Origin: Candidatus Hydrogenedentota bacterium
GTDB lineage: Bacteria; Hydrogenedentota; Hydrogenedentia; Hydrogenedentales; SLHB01
Reading direction: 5' to 3'
DNA: 64,000 nucleotides
NCBI GenBank assembly: GCA_963668025.2
Contig: CAXXTH010000023.1
Location: 192,001-256,000 of the forward strand
Shown here: positions 26,500 through 36,933 of the stretch, in pieces
Position numbering within the stretch: the first letter of the stretch is position 1
Layout: every line of letters begins with the position of its first letter
Made by a program: the position numbers and the translations under genes
The notes under the pieces: generated by a model
Told to the model about the DNA's origin: nothing
Databases searched by the model: none
What the model saw: only the letters and a program-made list of their open reading frames with translations

Positions 26500-27638
26500 C
26501 AGTTCGGCGCGTCCCCGGAGGCATCGAACGCTTCCGGCTGATCGGGATCATCCGATTCGTCCAATTCGTCGAAGTCTTCCAATCCCTCGGAATCATCGAG
26601 TTCGTCGGGTTCGGCAAGCTCTTCCAGTTCTTCCGCCACGGCGGCGTCTTCCAGGCCTTCGCCTTCATCGAGTTCGCCGGATTCCAAAAGCTCTTCCACG
26701 GTGAGTTCTTCTATCACTGCTGGCTCCTCTGGCGCGTTGGGCGCATTGGTTTCTGAGGGGATTATATCATGCGGAACCGCTTCTTGTTCGCCTGGCGTAC
26801 TTCCTTCGGGGGCGGGTGGAACGGCGGCTTCGTCGCGCGTGGCGGGGAACAGGCGGATCTCCTCGAAGGTGTTGTATTGGTGGACGCGGATGCGGCCCAT
26901 GCGGCATAGCTCGAGGATGGCCAGGAAACTGCACACCATCTCGACGCGGGACTTGCAGGCGCGGAAAAGGTCGAACCAGCCGACGCTGCCGTCTTCGGCA
27001 AGACGGGCCTGGATGTATTCGATCTTCTCATCCACCGATGAGCCTTCGGCGGTGACGGAATGGATGAGGTCGTCCTTGAAGAACCTAAGCACGCTGCGGA
27101 AGGCCTCGATCAGGTCATACAGCGTGACCTCGAGCATTTCCTGCTCTTCCGGGTCCGACTCGATTTCGGTCTTGACGTTGCGCGTGAAGAGCATTTCCCG
27201 CGTTTCCTCGAGGGCGACCAACTGCTGGCTTATCTCGCGGAAGCGGCGGTATTCGAGGAGTTTCTCGACGAGTTCGATGCGCGGATCTTCTTCCTCGACT
27301 TCTTCCTCTTCCCCGACATCCGCATCAGCGGGAAGGAGCATGCGCGACTTAATCTGGATGAGCGTGGCGGCGATGACGAGGAATTCGCCGGTGATATCGA
27401 GGTTTTCTTCACGCATCAGGTCGAGGAAATGGAGGTATTGGTCGGTGATTTTGACGATGGGAATATCGAAGATGTCGATCTCCTGCACTTTAATCAAATA
27501 CAGGAGGAGGTCGAGCGGCCCCTCGAATTTATCGAGCTGGAGGCGCAGCACTTCATCGGAGCCTTCCTCCAAATGGAAGGCCGCCTCCACGCCATCGCCC
27601 GGAGCCTGCATGACAGGGATATCGAGTTCGTCAGTCAT
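26499..27638 (-). CDS. scpA: Segregation and condensation protein A with acidic C-terminal tail
   Basis: FEGPLDLLLYLIK...IDIFDIPI..IT.QY, FLVIAATLIQIKSRMLLP, EDPR.ELVEKLLEY, FLAILEL. Confidence 0.95.
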   Translation of the reverse strand: MTDELDIPVMQAPGDGVEAAFHLEEGSDEVLRLQLDKFEGPLDLLLYLIKVQEIDIFDIPIVKITDQYLHFLDLMREENLDITGEFLVIAATLIQIKSRMLLPADADVGEEEEVEEEDPRIELVEKLLEYRRFREISQQLVALEETREMLFTRNVKTEIESDPEEQEMLEVTLYDLIEAFRSVLRFFKDDLIHSVTAEGSSVDEKIEYIQARLAEDGSVGWFDLFRACKSRVEMVCSFLAILELCRMGRIRVHQYNTFEEIRLFPATRDEAAVPPAPEGSTPGEQEAVPHDIIPSETNAPNAPEEPAVIEELTVEELLESGELDEGEGLEDAAVAEELEELAEPDELDDSEGLEDFDELDESDDPDQPEAFDASGDAPN

Positions 27639-27657
27639 ATGCTGTGTTCAACCTGGT

Positions 27658-29259
27658 TCAGCCTGCCGCGGCGGGAGCGGCGGGCGGGATGCTTGCATTG
27701 CTTTTAATGAGCAGTTCGCCGGAGATTTCACCGTTCTCGGCGGCGAGATTCAAGGTGGCTTCCTGGATGGCCCCGGCCCGTTCGAGCCATTGTTTCGAGG
27801 CCTCGCTAAACGTTTCAGATGTGTAGCCTTTCAACAGGTTTTCCTCGCACAGCAATTGGCCCGCATCGGCGATGGCTTGCACGCAAGGGAGCGGCTCGAT
27901 GCGGATAAACAGGTTGCCGCGCGCGGGCAAGGGCTGCGCGTTCGGGGCCTGGCCGAGCAATTCGGCGGCCACGGTGGCGCTGCTGCTCGCCAGCAGCGAA
28001 TTCCCATACACGCCGAAGGTGGGCTCGATGGACGGCCCGCCGAACATCGGCACACGCACTTGCCGGGTCTGGGCGTCGTAGCGTGGGTAGGAATCCCACG
28101 GTTTCGCGTCCGGCGGCGCTTGAAGCTGCGCCAGCAAGCCCTCCACAATCGCAGGCTCGGCGTCAAACGCGGCCACGAGTTCGGGAACCGGCACGAGTTC
28201 GTTGAGGTCAACGCCATGGCACGACACGCGGATGCCCGGCCCGAGAAGGCCCAGCAAGCCTTGAAGCTGGCTGGCGTTGCGCGTCCACGCGGTTACGGGT
28301 GCGCCTTCCGCCGGAGGTTCAGGCAACAGCGGCTTTCCGGTGATCTGGCCCAATGCGGCGGCCACGTCATTGGCCTGCTTTCCAAAATTGGCCGAAATCC
28401 CGAGCATGCCCGGCGGCGGCGGCAGTAATGTTTGCGGCGACGCCCCCGATAAGAGCGGAGCCATGCGCGCCGCCCATGCTTCGCTCAACACGCCCCGCCA
28501 TTGCGCATGGACCTCGCCTTCCGACGCCCGGAGCGCGAAGCTCACCGTATGCACGATATTGCCGCCTGGCGCGTCGGGCGGCAGCGCCACGAATCCGCGC
28601 ACCTGCTCCGCGCCGCCCGGCTTGGCTTCGAGGCTGGCCATGGCGTCCGGGCTGAGCATGGCGTCTTCGGTCAACGTGAGGGCATGAATGAGCGCCTCGC
28701 GAGACGGGCTCGCAATCAAGTTGCGCCCGCGAATGGCGTAATAGAGGCCGCCTTTCGCGAGATGGCGCAGTTGGAGCCCTCCCGCGCGATCATGCTCGAT
28801 GCCGGGAACGAACCGATCCGCCCAGCTCAGCAAGCGGCCCACCCGCGACATTTTGGAAATGAACAAATAATCTTGCTGATTCGTGAGGTCATTTCCGATC
28901 AAGTAGCACGTCCGCCCGATAAGGTTATTCATCACCCACGGCGGCAAATCGGAATTCCCGCCCAGCGCCTGGCTGGCTTCAGCGGCCTTTTCGCCCGGAA
29001 GCAAACTCCACAAAATAGAAGAGCCCGCAATCGACGATGAATTATTGATCAAATCCGCTAAAGCGATGTTATAAGCCTGGCCCGCGGGGATCATGCGCCG
29101 GGCGGAATAGGAGTCACGCGTGATCCATAAAAAGGCCCCCGCAACCACCACGCATAACAGGACAAAATTCCCGAGGCCCTTGAATCCCCGGAACGAACGC
29201 CTGCGCCGCCTGCGCCGCGTTCCCCCCGCCGCTTCATATCCGCGTAGCGCCTCGCTCAT
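27658..29259 (-). CDS. Hypothetical membrane-anchored protein
   Basis: 533-aa ORF with a basic N-terminus and one TM segment. ATGA overlap with the upstream gene. Confidence 0.75.
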   Translation of the reverse strand: MSEALRGYEAAGGTRRRRRRRSFRGFKGLGNFVLLCVVVAGAFLWITRDSYSARRMIPAGQAYNIALADLINNSSSIAGSSILWSLLPGEKAAEASQALGGNSDLPPWVMNNLIGRTCYLIGNDLTNQQDYLFISKMSRVGRLLSWADRFVPGIEHDRAGGLQLRHLAKGGLYYAIRGRNLIASPSREALIHALTLTEDAMLSPDAMASLEAKPGGAEQVRGFVALPPDAPGGNIVHTVSFALRASEGEVHAQWRGVLSEAWAARMAPLLSGASPQTLLPPPPGMLGISANFGKQANDVAAALGQITGKPLLPEPPAEGAPVTAWTRNASQLQGLLGLLGPGIRVSCHGVDLNELVPVPELVAAFDAEPAIVEGLLAQLQAPPDAKPWDSYPRYDAQTRQVRVPMFGGPSIEPTFGVYGNSLLASSSATVAAELLGQAPNAQPLPARGNLFIRIEPLPCVQAIADAGQLLCEENLLKGYTSETFSEASKQWLERAGAIQEATLNLAAENGEISGELLIKSNASIPPAAPAAAG

Positions 29260-31685
29260 GGTGCGGCCTCCCCATCCAGGGACGGCAAGACGGTGCTTGC
29301 GCCCGCCAGTTCATAGGATTGGTATGCGCCAGGCGAGCCATCAGGGCGCGGGCAGGCCACGGAAATGCGGCCCTCGCGGGGCTCGAACACCACGCTGTAG
29401 CGCGTGTCTCCGTTGTAAATGCGGGCACGCCCACCCTCGGGCCCTTCCGCATTCTGCAAGAACTCCCGCATGGCTTCCGCGGCAGCGATGCGCTTGGTGC
29501 GCAGCAATTGCTCCGCATGGGCATAGCGGACGGCGGCTTCGCTGCCCGGCTCGAGCGCACTGGGAAGCTGGCCGAGGAGCATCCCGTCATCGGGCTGCCG
29601 TATGATTTTTCCATTGGGGCCGCACTCGGCCACGCACGCCTTTGCGCCTGTGGCCGGCACGGCGGAGCCTTTGGCCGTGGCGGAAGCGCCGCTGCTTGCA
29701 GCGCCGCCCGGTTCGAGCGCACCCACCAGAATGTGATAGCCGCGCAGATAGGCGGCGGCATTCAAGATTGCCAATGCATCGTTCAGCGTAGCACTTTGTT
29801 CGAGCACCTGGCGGAGAAGCAGGTCCACGGGAGGCCCATCCAAGGAAGGCGCGCCTAGTTCCGGCGTGCGCTCCGCGCAAACCACCACCCCAGCGTCATT
29901 CATGCCCGAATACGCGCCCGCGCTCCATGGAAATCCCACTTCAAAATAACGCCGCCCCGCATCCGGCTGCATTTCATACACGACGATAGGCGCGCCTGGC
30001 ATGCCATCAAAATTGCGGCCCACCAGGAGGTCATCCGCACCCGCGCGATCACCCACCGTGGCGAACACCGTGCAAAACTGCGAGCGGTACAGTTCAGCCA
30101 CATTCGCCTGTTCCGCGAGCACCGGCGCGCATTGCAACAACCAAGCCGCGTCAAAGGCGATACCCGCGCCATCCGCCATGCCGCGCATATCATCGAAAAG
30201 CGGCGCGGGCAATCCCGCCAGCATGGGCCGCGCCCCAATGCCCAGCCGGGGCAGGGCCATCGGCGTTACGTTAATGAATCCAGGGGCTTGCTTCCACCAG
30301 CCCGTATCGGGAATGAGCGCGCCAGTATCGCAGGGGCCTACGATGAGCTGCTGGAACGCCTCTCCAATCGCGCGCTTAAACGCCGCGCCCCGTTGATACC
30401 CCATGGCGTAAGGCGCGCCGCTAAGCCGCACGAAATACATGCTCGCGTCCTCGCGTGGCGCGGCGGCGGGCGGCGCAGGCTTATCGGCGGGCTTGCCCCG
30501 GCTCAGCAGGCCCGCGAAGCCTTCCGACAGCCATTCATCCATGCCAGGGCCGTAAAAACTCATGGCGCTTTCGTAGCTCAAACGGGCGTAATTCGCTTGG
30601 GGAACGAAGTACATGCAATGGTCTTCCGCGAGACCCACGGTGCATTGGGCGGTATAGCCAAGGGCAAAAGCTTCCAGGCGCAAGCGCGAGCCGATCTCGG
30701 CGCATGGCTCTCCCGGCGTGAACATGAAGGCCACATCGCCTATTTCAAGCACGGAAAGGAAAGTCGAAGCGGGCAGAAAGCTCGAGGCCAGGGTTGGCGG
30801 AAGCGCCCGCTCGGCGCTTGCATAATGCAGCGGCGTTTCGCCGCAGATGATGTGTTCCGCCGCCACGGATACGCGCTGGGCCAGCAAACGGCCGATGGAC
30901 TCCGTGCGCTCCCAGCCTTCTTTATTTTCCGGATTCGCGCACGATTGATCGCCCACGGCCCCGTTCAGATACAACGCCACGCAGCCCGTGGCCAGGGCCT
31001 CGAGCGTCTGATAGTAATATCCCGGAAAATCCGCCGAAATGGACAGGCCGTCCTCTTTCCCGATTGTGGTGGGATGGGCCGCGAAGTTTGTGGCAATGGC
31101 AATCGGCGCGCCGTCGGCGTCTTCGACGCGCAAGATGCCGATTTGCGGGTCAATTGGCCCGCCGGATTCCATCCGGTTCACGGAGAGATCATTCTGGGAA
31201 ATCGCGCCGAATCCTACTACGGCGCGCTTGCGGGAAGCATACGATTTGGCGATGGCGTCGGCAATGCCCTGGGCCTCCGCATCAAGCATTTCCGGCATGT
31301 AACGCCCGGAGATCGAGCGAAAGAGCAGCCCTTTCACCATGCCGCCTGGCCCATTGTGATTGTGTGTAGCCGTGAGGATGATGTGCGCGCCAGGGGCCGT
31401 CTTTCCGGCCAGCTCGATCACCTTGTCTCGGAGTTCCCGGTTGATCACGCACAGATCGGCGCTCACTAGAAACACGGCGGTCTGGCCATCATCCAAATAC
31501 AAGCTTCGCGCCCATATAGGATCATGCACCGAGAGCGCCCCGCGCCCCCATCGTTCCAAATACCCATTGAGCGGCGTTCCGAGCGGAGGCGAAATATCCA
31601 CCTTCGCGGCGCCTGCCTCCATGGCAAAGGCCGCCATGGATGCCGTCCATATGAGCACAAAAAAAATGCTGATTCGAAATCGCAT
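29256..31685 (-). CDS. Secreted fusion of neutral/alkaline ceramidase-like domain and C45 (Ntn-hydrolase) peptidase domain
   Basis: N-half: VHDPIWARSL, TATHNHNGP, NFAAHPT, SADFPG, PGE. C-half: GAPYAMGYQRG, GMADGAG, FCTVFA...LLVGRNFD, SGMNDAGV. Confidence 0.85.
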   Translation of the reverse strand: MRFRISIFFVLIWTASMAAFAMEAGAAKVDISPPLGTPLNGYLERWGRGALSVHDPIWARSLYLDDGQTAVFLVSADLCVINRELRDKVIELAGKTAPGAHIILTATHNHNGPGGMVKGLLFRSISGRYMPEMLDAEAQGIADAIAKSYASRKRAVVGFGAISQNDLSVNRMESGGPIDPQIGILRVEDADGAPIAIATNFAAHPTTIGKEDGLSISADFPGYYYQTLEALATGCVALYLNGAVGDQSCANPENKEGWERTESIGRLLAQRVSVAAEHIICGETPLHYASAERALPPTLASSFLPASTFLSVLEIGDVAFMFTPGEPCAEIGSRLRLEAFALGYTAQCTVGLAEDHCMYFVPQANYARLSYESAMSFYGPGMDEWLSEGFAGLLSRGKPADKPAPPAAAPREDASMYFVRLSGAPYAMGYQRGAAFKRAIGEAFQQLIVGPCDTGALIPDTGWWKQAPGFINVTPMALPRLGIGARPMLAGLPAPLFDDMRGMADGAGIAFDAAWLLQCAPVLAEQANVAELYRSQFCTVFATVGDRAGADDLLVGRNFDGMPGAPIVVYEMQPDAGRRYFEVGFPWSAGAYSGMNDAGVVVCAERTPELGAPSLDGPPVDLLLRQVLEQSATLNDALAILNAAAYLRGYHILVGALEPGGAASSGASATAKGSAVPATGAKACVAECGPNGKIIRQPDDGMLLGQLPSALEPGSEAAVRYAHAEQLLRTKRIAAAEAMREFLQNAEGPEGGRARIYNGDTRYSVVFEPREGRISVACPRPDGSPGAYQSYELAGASTVLPSLDGEAAP

Positions 31686-31788
31686 ACGTTCCGTCTTCCA
31701 CACTCAAACACAGAAGCGCCCAGAAGTACGCTTATGGGCGGTGCAAGTGTACCATACGCAGCGAAAGGTTCATAGCCTCAAATTCTTT

Positions 31789-33610
31789 GAGGCATTTGCG
31801 AAATAAAGAAAATCCGTATTGACAAGGGTTTACAAAGCGGCGGAATTGGCGCCTACCCCGGAGAATGCGGGGAAAGGGGCTTGGCGGGGGCATGAATAAG
31901 GATTTTTTGTGAAAAATCACCCCAAATGCCCTCGGCGAGCGGGAAAAGGCGTAACGTCTCCCGTGTGTGATTGTAGTATAGTTGACCACATAACCACGCA
32001 CACACCAAGGAGACGTTTGCGATGGCCATTATACACCAAATGGGGTTGTTCTCGTGGAACCAGGTCGACGCGGCGTCGGATCTGGATCGGCTGAACCTGT
32101 TGCTGGCGGCGCTGCCGGATGAAGATTTGATGCGGGCGATGGAAGCCGAACGCAAGGGGCGGCGCGACGATTATCCTATCCGCGCGATGTGGAACAGCAT
32201 ACTGGCGGGGATCGTCTTCCAGCACGACGGCGTCGAAAGCCTGCGCCGCGAACTAGCCCGAAACGGGCAATTGCGCCAGTTGTGCGGATTCGACGTGTTG
32301 CGGGGCGCCAAGGCGGTCCCGCCCGAATGGGTGTACACGCGGTTCTTCGCCAGATTACTGCGCCACTGGAAAGAAGTGGACCGGATGTTCGACGCGCTCA
32401 TCGTCCGGCTGATGGAACGCTTGCCGGATCTCGGGGTGCGTCTGGCCGTAGACTCGAAAGCCATCCAAACCCACGCCAAGCCTCCGCGCAAAGACGCGGT
32501 CCTGGAAAACGAAGAGCCGGACGGGCGGCGCGACCGCGACGCAGACTGGGGCACGAAAACCTACAAGGGCGTTCACAAGGACGGCACGCCCTGGGAGAAG
32601 GTCAAACGGTGGTTCGGCTACAAGCTGCACCTCATCGTGGACACGAAATACGAATTGCCGCTGGGCTACGCGGTCACGAAAGCCAGCGCCAACGACTCGC
32701 CCTTTCTGCTGCCCCTCGTGGCGGCTCTCGACGCGCGCCACCCCGAACTCGTCCAACGCGCCGAGTACCTCAGCGCCGACAAGGGCTATGATTCCGAAGC
32801 CAACAACAAGGGCCTCTTCGAGGAACATGAAATCCGGCCCATCGTGGACATCCGGGCGACCTGGAAAGAAGAACCGGAACGGCCCCGCCCTTTATATCCC
32901 GAACGGGTAGACACGATCTTCCATACCGAACGAGGTGAAGTCCTCTGCCGGTGTCGTAACGGCGCCCCAAACGAACGCGACAACTATGATTCCATGGCCT
33001 ACCAAGGATTCGAGCAAGATCGGGGAACCTTGAAATACCGTTGCCCAGCCAAGGCACGCGGGAGCGCCTGTACCCAGCAAGACCTCTGCAACCAAGGATG
33101 CCAGCCCGAACACGGACGGATTGTCCGCGTGCCCATCGCTATCGACCGGCGCATCTTTACCCCCCTGCCCCGCAGCGCCAAATCCTGGCGCCGCGAATAC
33201 AAACACCGCACCGCCATCGAGCGAGTCAACAGCCGACTCGACGGCGCATACGGATTCGAGCGCCACTACATCCGCGGTATGAAAAAGATGCGCGCCCGCA
33301 CCGGATTAGCCCTCCTCGTCATGCTCGGCATGGCCCTGGGATGGCTCGAAGCCGGCCAGGCAGAACGCATGCGCTCGCTCCTCGGACAGCCCCGCGCCGC
33401 ATAGATCACATCGAATCCGCACAAGCAATGATGGCCCGAATCAAGGGCAAACCATGCCCATTCGGGCCGCAAGGGTCCTACACGCGAACCTCCTGCATGA
33501 TTTATTGCACCCGTAGCGGAGGCGTAATCCCATTGCCACAGGCGAAAACCGCTCCGCGTGTGCCCGCACCGTCCGCGCGTTCGCAAACCACGCTATTTCG
33601 CAAATGCCTC
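31789..33610 (+). mobile_element. Complete insertion sequence (IS5/IS1182-like DDE)
   Basis: 17-bp perfect IR GAGGCATTTGCGAAATA (31789-31805 and 33594-33610). 5-bp target duplication TCTTT (31784-31788 and 33611-33615). Confidence 0.92.
32022..33404 (+). CDS. DDE transposase
   Basis: AVDSKAI, DADWG, WFGYKLHLIVD, ADKGYDS, YKHRTAIERVNSRL. Confidence 0.93.
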   Translation: MAIIHQMGLFSWNQVDAASDLDRLNLLLAALPDEDLMRAMEAERKGRRDDYPIRAMWNSILAGIVFQHDGVESLRRELARNGQLRQLCGFDVLRGAKAVPPEWVYTRFFARLLRHWKEVDRMFDALIVRLMERLPDLGVRLAVDSKAIQTHAKPPRKDAVLENEEPDGRRDRDADWGTKTYKGVHKDGTPWEKVKRWFGYKLHLIVDTKYELPLGYAVTKASANDSPFLLPLVAALDARHPELVQRAEYLSADKGYDSEANNKGLFEEHEIRPIVDIRATWKEEPERPRPLYPERVDTIFHTERGEVLCRCRNGAPNERDNYDSMAYQGFEQDRGTLKYRCPAKARGSACTQQDLCNQGCQPEHGRIVRVPIAIDRRIFTPLPRSAKSWRREYKHRTAIERVNSRLDGAYGFERHYIRGMKKMRARTGLALLVMLGMALGWLEAGQAERMRSLLGQPRAA

Positions 33611-33935
33611 TCTTTGTATCGGAGGCAGCGCAACTCTCCACTACGAATAAAAGCGCGCCATGCTTTAGGGATGTTCCCGGCATCATGCGCGTCTTGTACG
33701 TTCATTCGCGATTTAAAAGCTGGCGGTTTTGTTGCGGCCATACCGTACTGTGTTTTCTATGGCCATGAATAAAAAAAATGGATCCATTCCAGCATGCCAA
33801 AATGGTAAAATGTAGAAATATAAGAGCTTTAAGGGCAATTGCCTTCCGTTTTGTTTGGAAAAGACTGGCGGCTTCTGATAAATTCATGAAGAAGGCAGGA
33901 GGCCGGACTTCGTCGGTAGAAAGGATTGGCAGTAC

Positions 33936-35312
33936 GTGAGCAAACTATGGGGAGGCCGTTTCGAGGGTAAAACAGATACTCTCGTCGAGGCGTTTACCGA
34001 GTCCATATCATTCGACGCACGCCTAGCGCCATATGACATTGCGGGCAGCCTCGCGCATGCGGAAATGCTGGGCGCGCAAGGCATCATTTCAAAAAGTGAC
34101 GCTCAAGCCATCGCACGCGGGCTTCGTGAAATCGCGAAAGACATACAAGCGGGGCGTTTCACGTGGGATCAATCTCTTGAGGACGTGCATACCAACATCG
34201 AAGCCGCACTGACTGAACGTATCGGCGAACCGGGTAAAAAGCTGCATACCGGGCGCAGCAGGAACGATCAAATCGCCACCGACATCCGGCTCTGGATGCG
34301 TGCGCAGCTTGATGCTATCGACCAGCTTCTGGGCGCGCTGCAAAACGCTTTCGTCGATTTCGCGGAAACCCATATCGACGTGATCCTTCCCGGCTGCACC
34401 CATCTCCAGCATGCGCAGCCCGTGCTGCTGGCCCATCATATGCTCGCCTATTTCGAGATGTTCGGGCGTGATCGCCAACGGTTCCGGGAATTGCGCAAGC
34501 GGGCCAATCTGTTGCCGCTCGGTTCCGCGGCCCTCGCGGGCACGCCGCATCCTATCGACCGTGTGCGCGTCGCCAAGGCCCTCGAATTCGATGGGGTTAC
34601 AGCCAATAGCATGGACTCCGTGGCGGACCGCGATCATCTCATTGAATTCTGCGCCCATGCTTCGGTAGCCATGATGCACCTCTCCCGCCTGTCGGAAGAA
34701 TTGATTTTATGGTCCGCGCCGCTATATGGCTTCATCGAAATCGGCGACGCCTTCACCACCGGTTCCAGTATCATGCCCCAGAAGAAGAATCCCGATGTGG
34801 CGGAACTGGTGCGGGGCAAAGCCGGGCGCGTCTACGGCTCCCTCACGGCCCTCCTCACCATCATGAAGGGCCTTCCACTCACCTACAACCGCGATTTACA
34901 GGAAGACAAAGAGCCCGTCTTCGACGCGTCGGATACGCTTCAAGCTTGCCTGGGCGTGGTGGCCCGCATGATTCCCGCCATTGCGGTGCGCCGGGAACGC
35001 ATGGCGGAAGCCGCTCGCGAAGGCTTCCTCGAAGCCACGGATCTGGCGGATTACCTCGCGGCAAAAGGCATGCCATTCCGCGAAGCGCATGAAGTCACGG
35101 GCCGCATCGTCCTCCATTGCACCCGGGAAAACAAGCGCATCCCAGAGCTCACCTTGGATGAACTACGCGGCTTTGCACCTCAATTCGGCCCAGATATCCA
35201 TCATATGCTGCGTTTGGAATCCATCGTGGCCCGGCGTGATCATGTCGGCGCGACGGCCCCGAAACGGGTGCGGGCCGCCATTCGCCAAGCTCGAAAAACA
35301 CTGAAACAATAG
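33936..35312 (+). CDS. argH: Argininosuccinate lyase
   Basis: KLWGGRF, EDVH, LHTGRSRNDQ, GSSIMPQKKNPD, YNRDLQEDKE. Confidence 0.98.
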   Translation: MSKLWGGRFEGKTDTLVEAFTESISFDARLAPYDIAGSLAHAEMLGAQGIISKSDAQAIARGLREIAKDIQAGRFTWDQSLEDVHTNIEAALTERIGEPGKKLHTGRSRNDQIATDIRLWMRAQLDAIDQLLGALQNAFVDFAETHIDVILPGCTHLQHAQPVLLAHHMLAYFEMFGRDRQRFRELRKRANLLPLGSAALAGTPHPIDRVRVAKALEFDGVTANSMDSVADRDHLIEFCAHASVAMMHLSRLSEELILWSAPLYGFIEIGDAFTTGSSIMPQKKNPDVAELVRGKAGRVYGSLTALLTIMKGLPLTYNRDLQEDKEPVFDASDTLQACLGVVARMIPAIAVRRERMAEAAREGFLEATDLADYLAAKGMPFREAHEVTGRIVLHCTRENKRIPELTLDELRGFAPQFGPDIHHMLRLESIVARRDHVGATAPKRVRAAIRQARKTLKQ

Positions 35313-35397
35313 GTAAAAACCGGTTTTGCGGTAAAAACGGGAAAATGAGAGCATAAATATGATACCATAGGCTTAGCGGGGATTCCGGGATAACTCG

Positions 35398-36903
35398 ATG
35401 GCCGAGACTGACAAAATACTCGTCGTTGATGATGAAGATGTCATTCGTGAACTCCTCACAGAGGTGTTGTCAGAAGAGGGGTATGCCGTCACCACTGCGG
35501 CAAGCGGCCCTGAAGCGATGCGAATCCTCGAAGAAGCAGACGATTTCATACTTTTGTTCACGGATATAATGATGCCCGAAATGACCGGGCTTGAATTAAT
35601 CCGGGAAGCCCGCAAGCTCCGCTCCTCAATCATTCCCATCGTGATGACCGCTTACGCGACTATCGAGACCGCACGCGCCGCCGTCAAAGAGGGGGCGTAT
35701 GACTATGTCTTGAAGCCATTCAGCCTCAGTGAAGTGAAACTCGCTGTATCGAATGCTCTGGAGCGGCACCGCCTAACTACCGAAAACGCCCGGCTTCGCG
35801 AATTGACGCAGCTTTTCCATATCAGCGAACGCATCGCCGCCATTCGCGATGAAAAGCCCTTGCTGGATTTTGTATTGAGCGCCGCGCTCGAGCGCGTGGG
35901 GGCAAGGCGCGGCTCGATCATGGTGATGACGGAAGACGAAAAAACGCTCGAGATCAAATCGAGCGTGGGCTTGCCTGATGATATCGCATCGCGTCCTGTC
36001 GAGATCAGCAAGAGCATTTCCGGCATGGTGGCCCAAACGGCGCAGCCGTTGTTGGTGAGCCATCTGAGTGAGAATCCAGAGCTGGCCGTACGCAGCCGCC
36101 TGAGAGCGGATGATTCATTTGTATCCGTGCCGCTCGAACATAAAATAGGCCGGGAGCATGCCAATTCCGCCTCCGGCAACCACCGCGTTGCGGCGGTGTT
36201 GAATGTGAGCGAAAAATCGAACGGGCGGCCTTTCTCGGAAAGCGACCTGAAAATTTTAAGCATCGTAGCCAATCAAGCGGCGGCGGCCCTGCAAAACGCC
36301 CGCCTCATTCGCGACATCGAAGCGGCGCATTTATCCACCATCGCGTCCATGGCGCTACTGCTTGAAGCGCGCGATGTATACACCCAATGCCATAGCCAGC
36401 GCGTTCGTGATATTTCCGTGGCCATCGCCATGCGCCAAGGACTGCCTAAAGATGAAGTAGAGACCCTCCGCTTGGGCGCGGCATTTCATGATATTGGCAA
36501 AGTGGGCATTCCGGACATCGTACTCAACAAGCCCGATCCCCTGACACCAGAGGAATGGCAGCTCATGCGGCGGCACCCTATCATCGGCTATGGCGTGCTC
36601 GAACCCATTCATTTCTTGCGCCGGGGCCACTTGGATGTCGTGCGCGGGCACCATGAACGCATTGACGGAAGCGGCTACCCAGATGGATTAAAAGGCTCGG
36701 ATGTGTCTCCGCTCATGCGCATCATGGCCGTAGCGGATTCCTACGACGCCATGGCCAGCGACCGCGCCTATCGCCCCGCCCTTCCGCTTAAACGCATCCT
36801 GGAAGAACTCAACAAGGCCAGAGGCACCCAGTTTGATCCCAAAGTCGTCGATGTGTTTCTCGATATGCTGGAGAAGGGGGAAGTATACGAACCGCCTTCT
36901 TGA
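35398..36903 (+). CDS. Response regulator with GAF and HD-GYP phosphodiesterase domains
   Basis: N-terminal REC (VVDDE, DIMMP, KPF), GAF, HSQRV...HDIGK...HHERIDGSGYP...DSYDAM..DRAYR. Confidence 0.95.
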   Translation: MAETDKILVVDDEDVIRELLTEVLSEEGYAVTTAASGPEAMRILEEADDFILLFTDIMMPEMTGLELIREARKLRSSIIPIVMTAYATIETARAAVKEGAYDYVLKPFSLSEVKLAVSNALERHRLTTENARLRELTQLFHISERIAAIRDEKPLLDFVLSAALERVGARRGSIMVMTEDEKTLEIKSSVGLPDDIASRPVEISKSISGMVAQTAQPLLVSHLSENPELAVRSRLRADDSFVSVPLEHKIGREHANSASGNHRVAAVLNVSEKSNGRPFSESDLKILSIVANQAAAALQNARLIRDIEAAHLSTIASMALLLEARDVYTQCHSQRVRDISVAIAMRQGLPKDEVETLRLGAAFHDIGKVGIPDIVLNKPDPLTPEEWQLMRRHPIIGYGVLEPIHFLRRGHLDVVRGHHERIDGSGYPDGLKGSDVSPLMRIMAVADSYDAMASDRAYRPALPLKRILEELNKARGTQFDPKVVDVFLDMLEKGEVYEPPS

Positions 36904-36933
36904 GGGCATCGCGTACGGATTTATAGATATCGC

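Noticed and set aside
26701-28428. 575-aa plus-strand ORF
   Set aside because: Antisense shadow of scpA and its upstream gene, with Ser/Arg-rich composition typical of GC-rich off-frames.
30132-31469. 445-aa plus-strand ORF and similar long antisense ORFs (22747-23745, 42721-43815, 21366-22286)
   Set aside because: Each lies opposite a well-supported gene and has no recognisable motifs.
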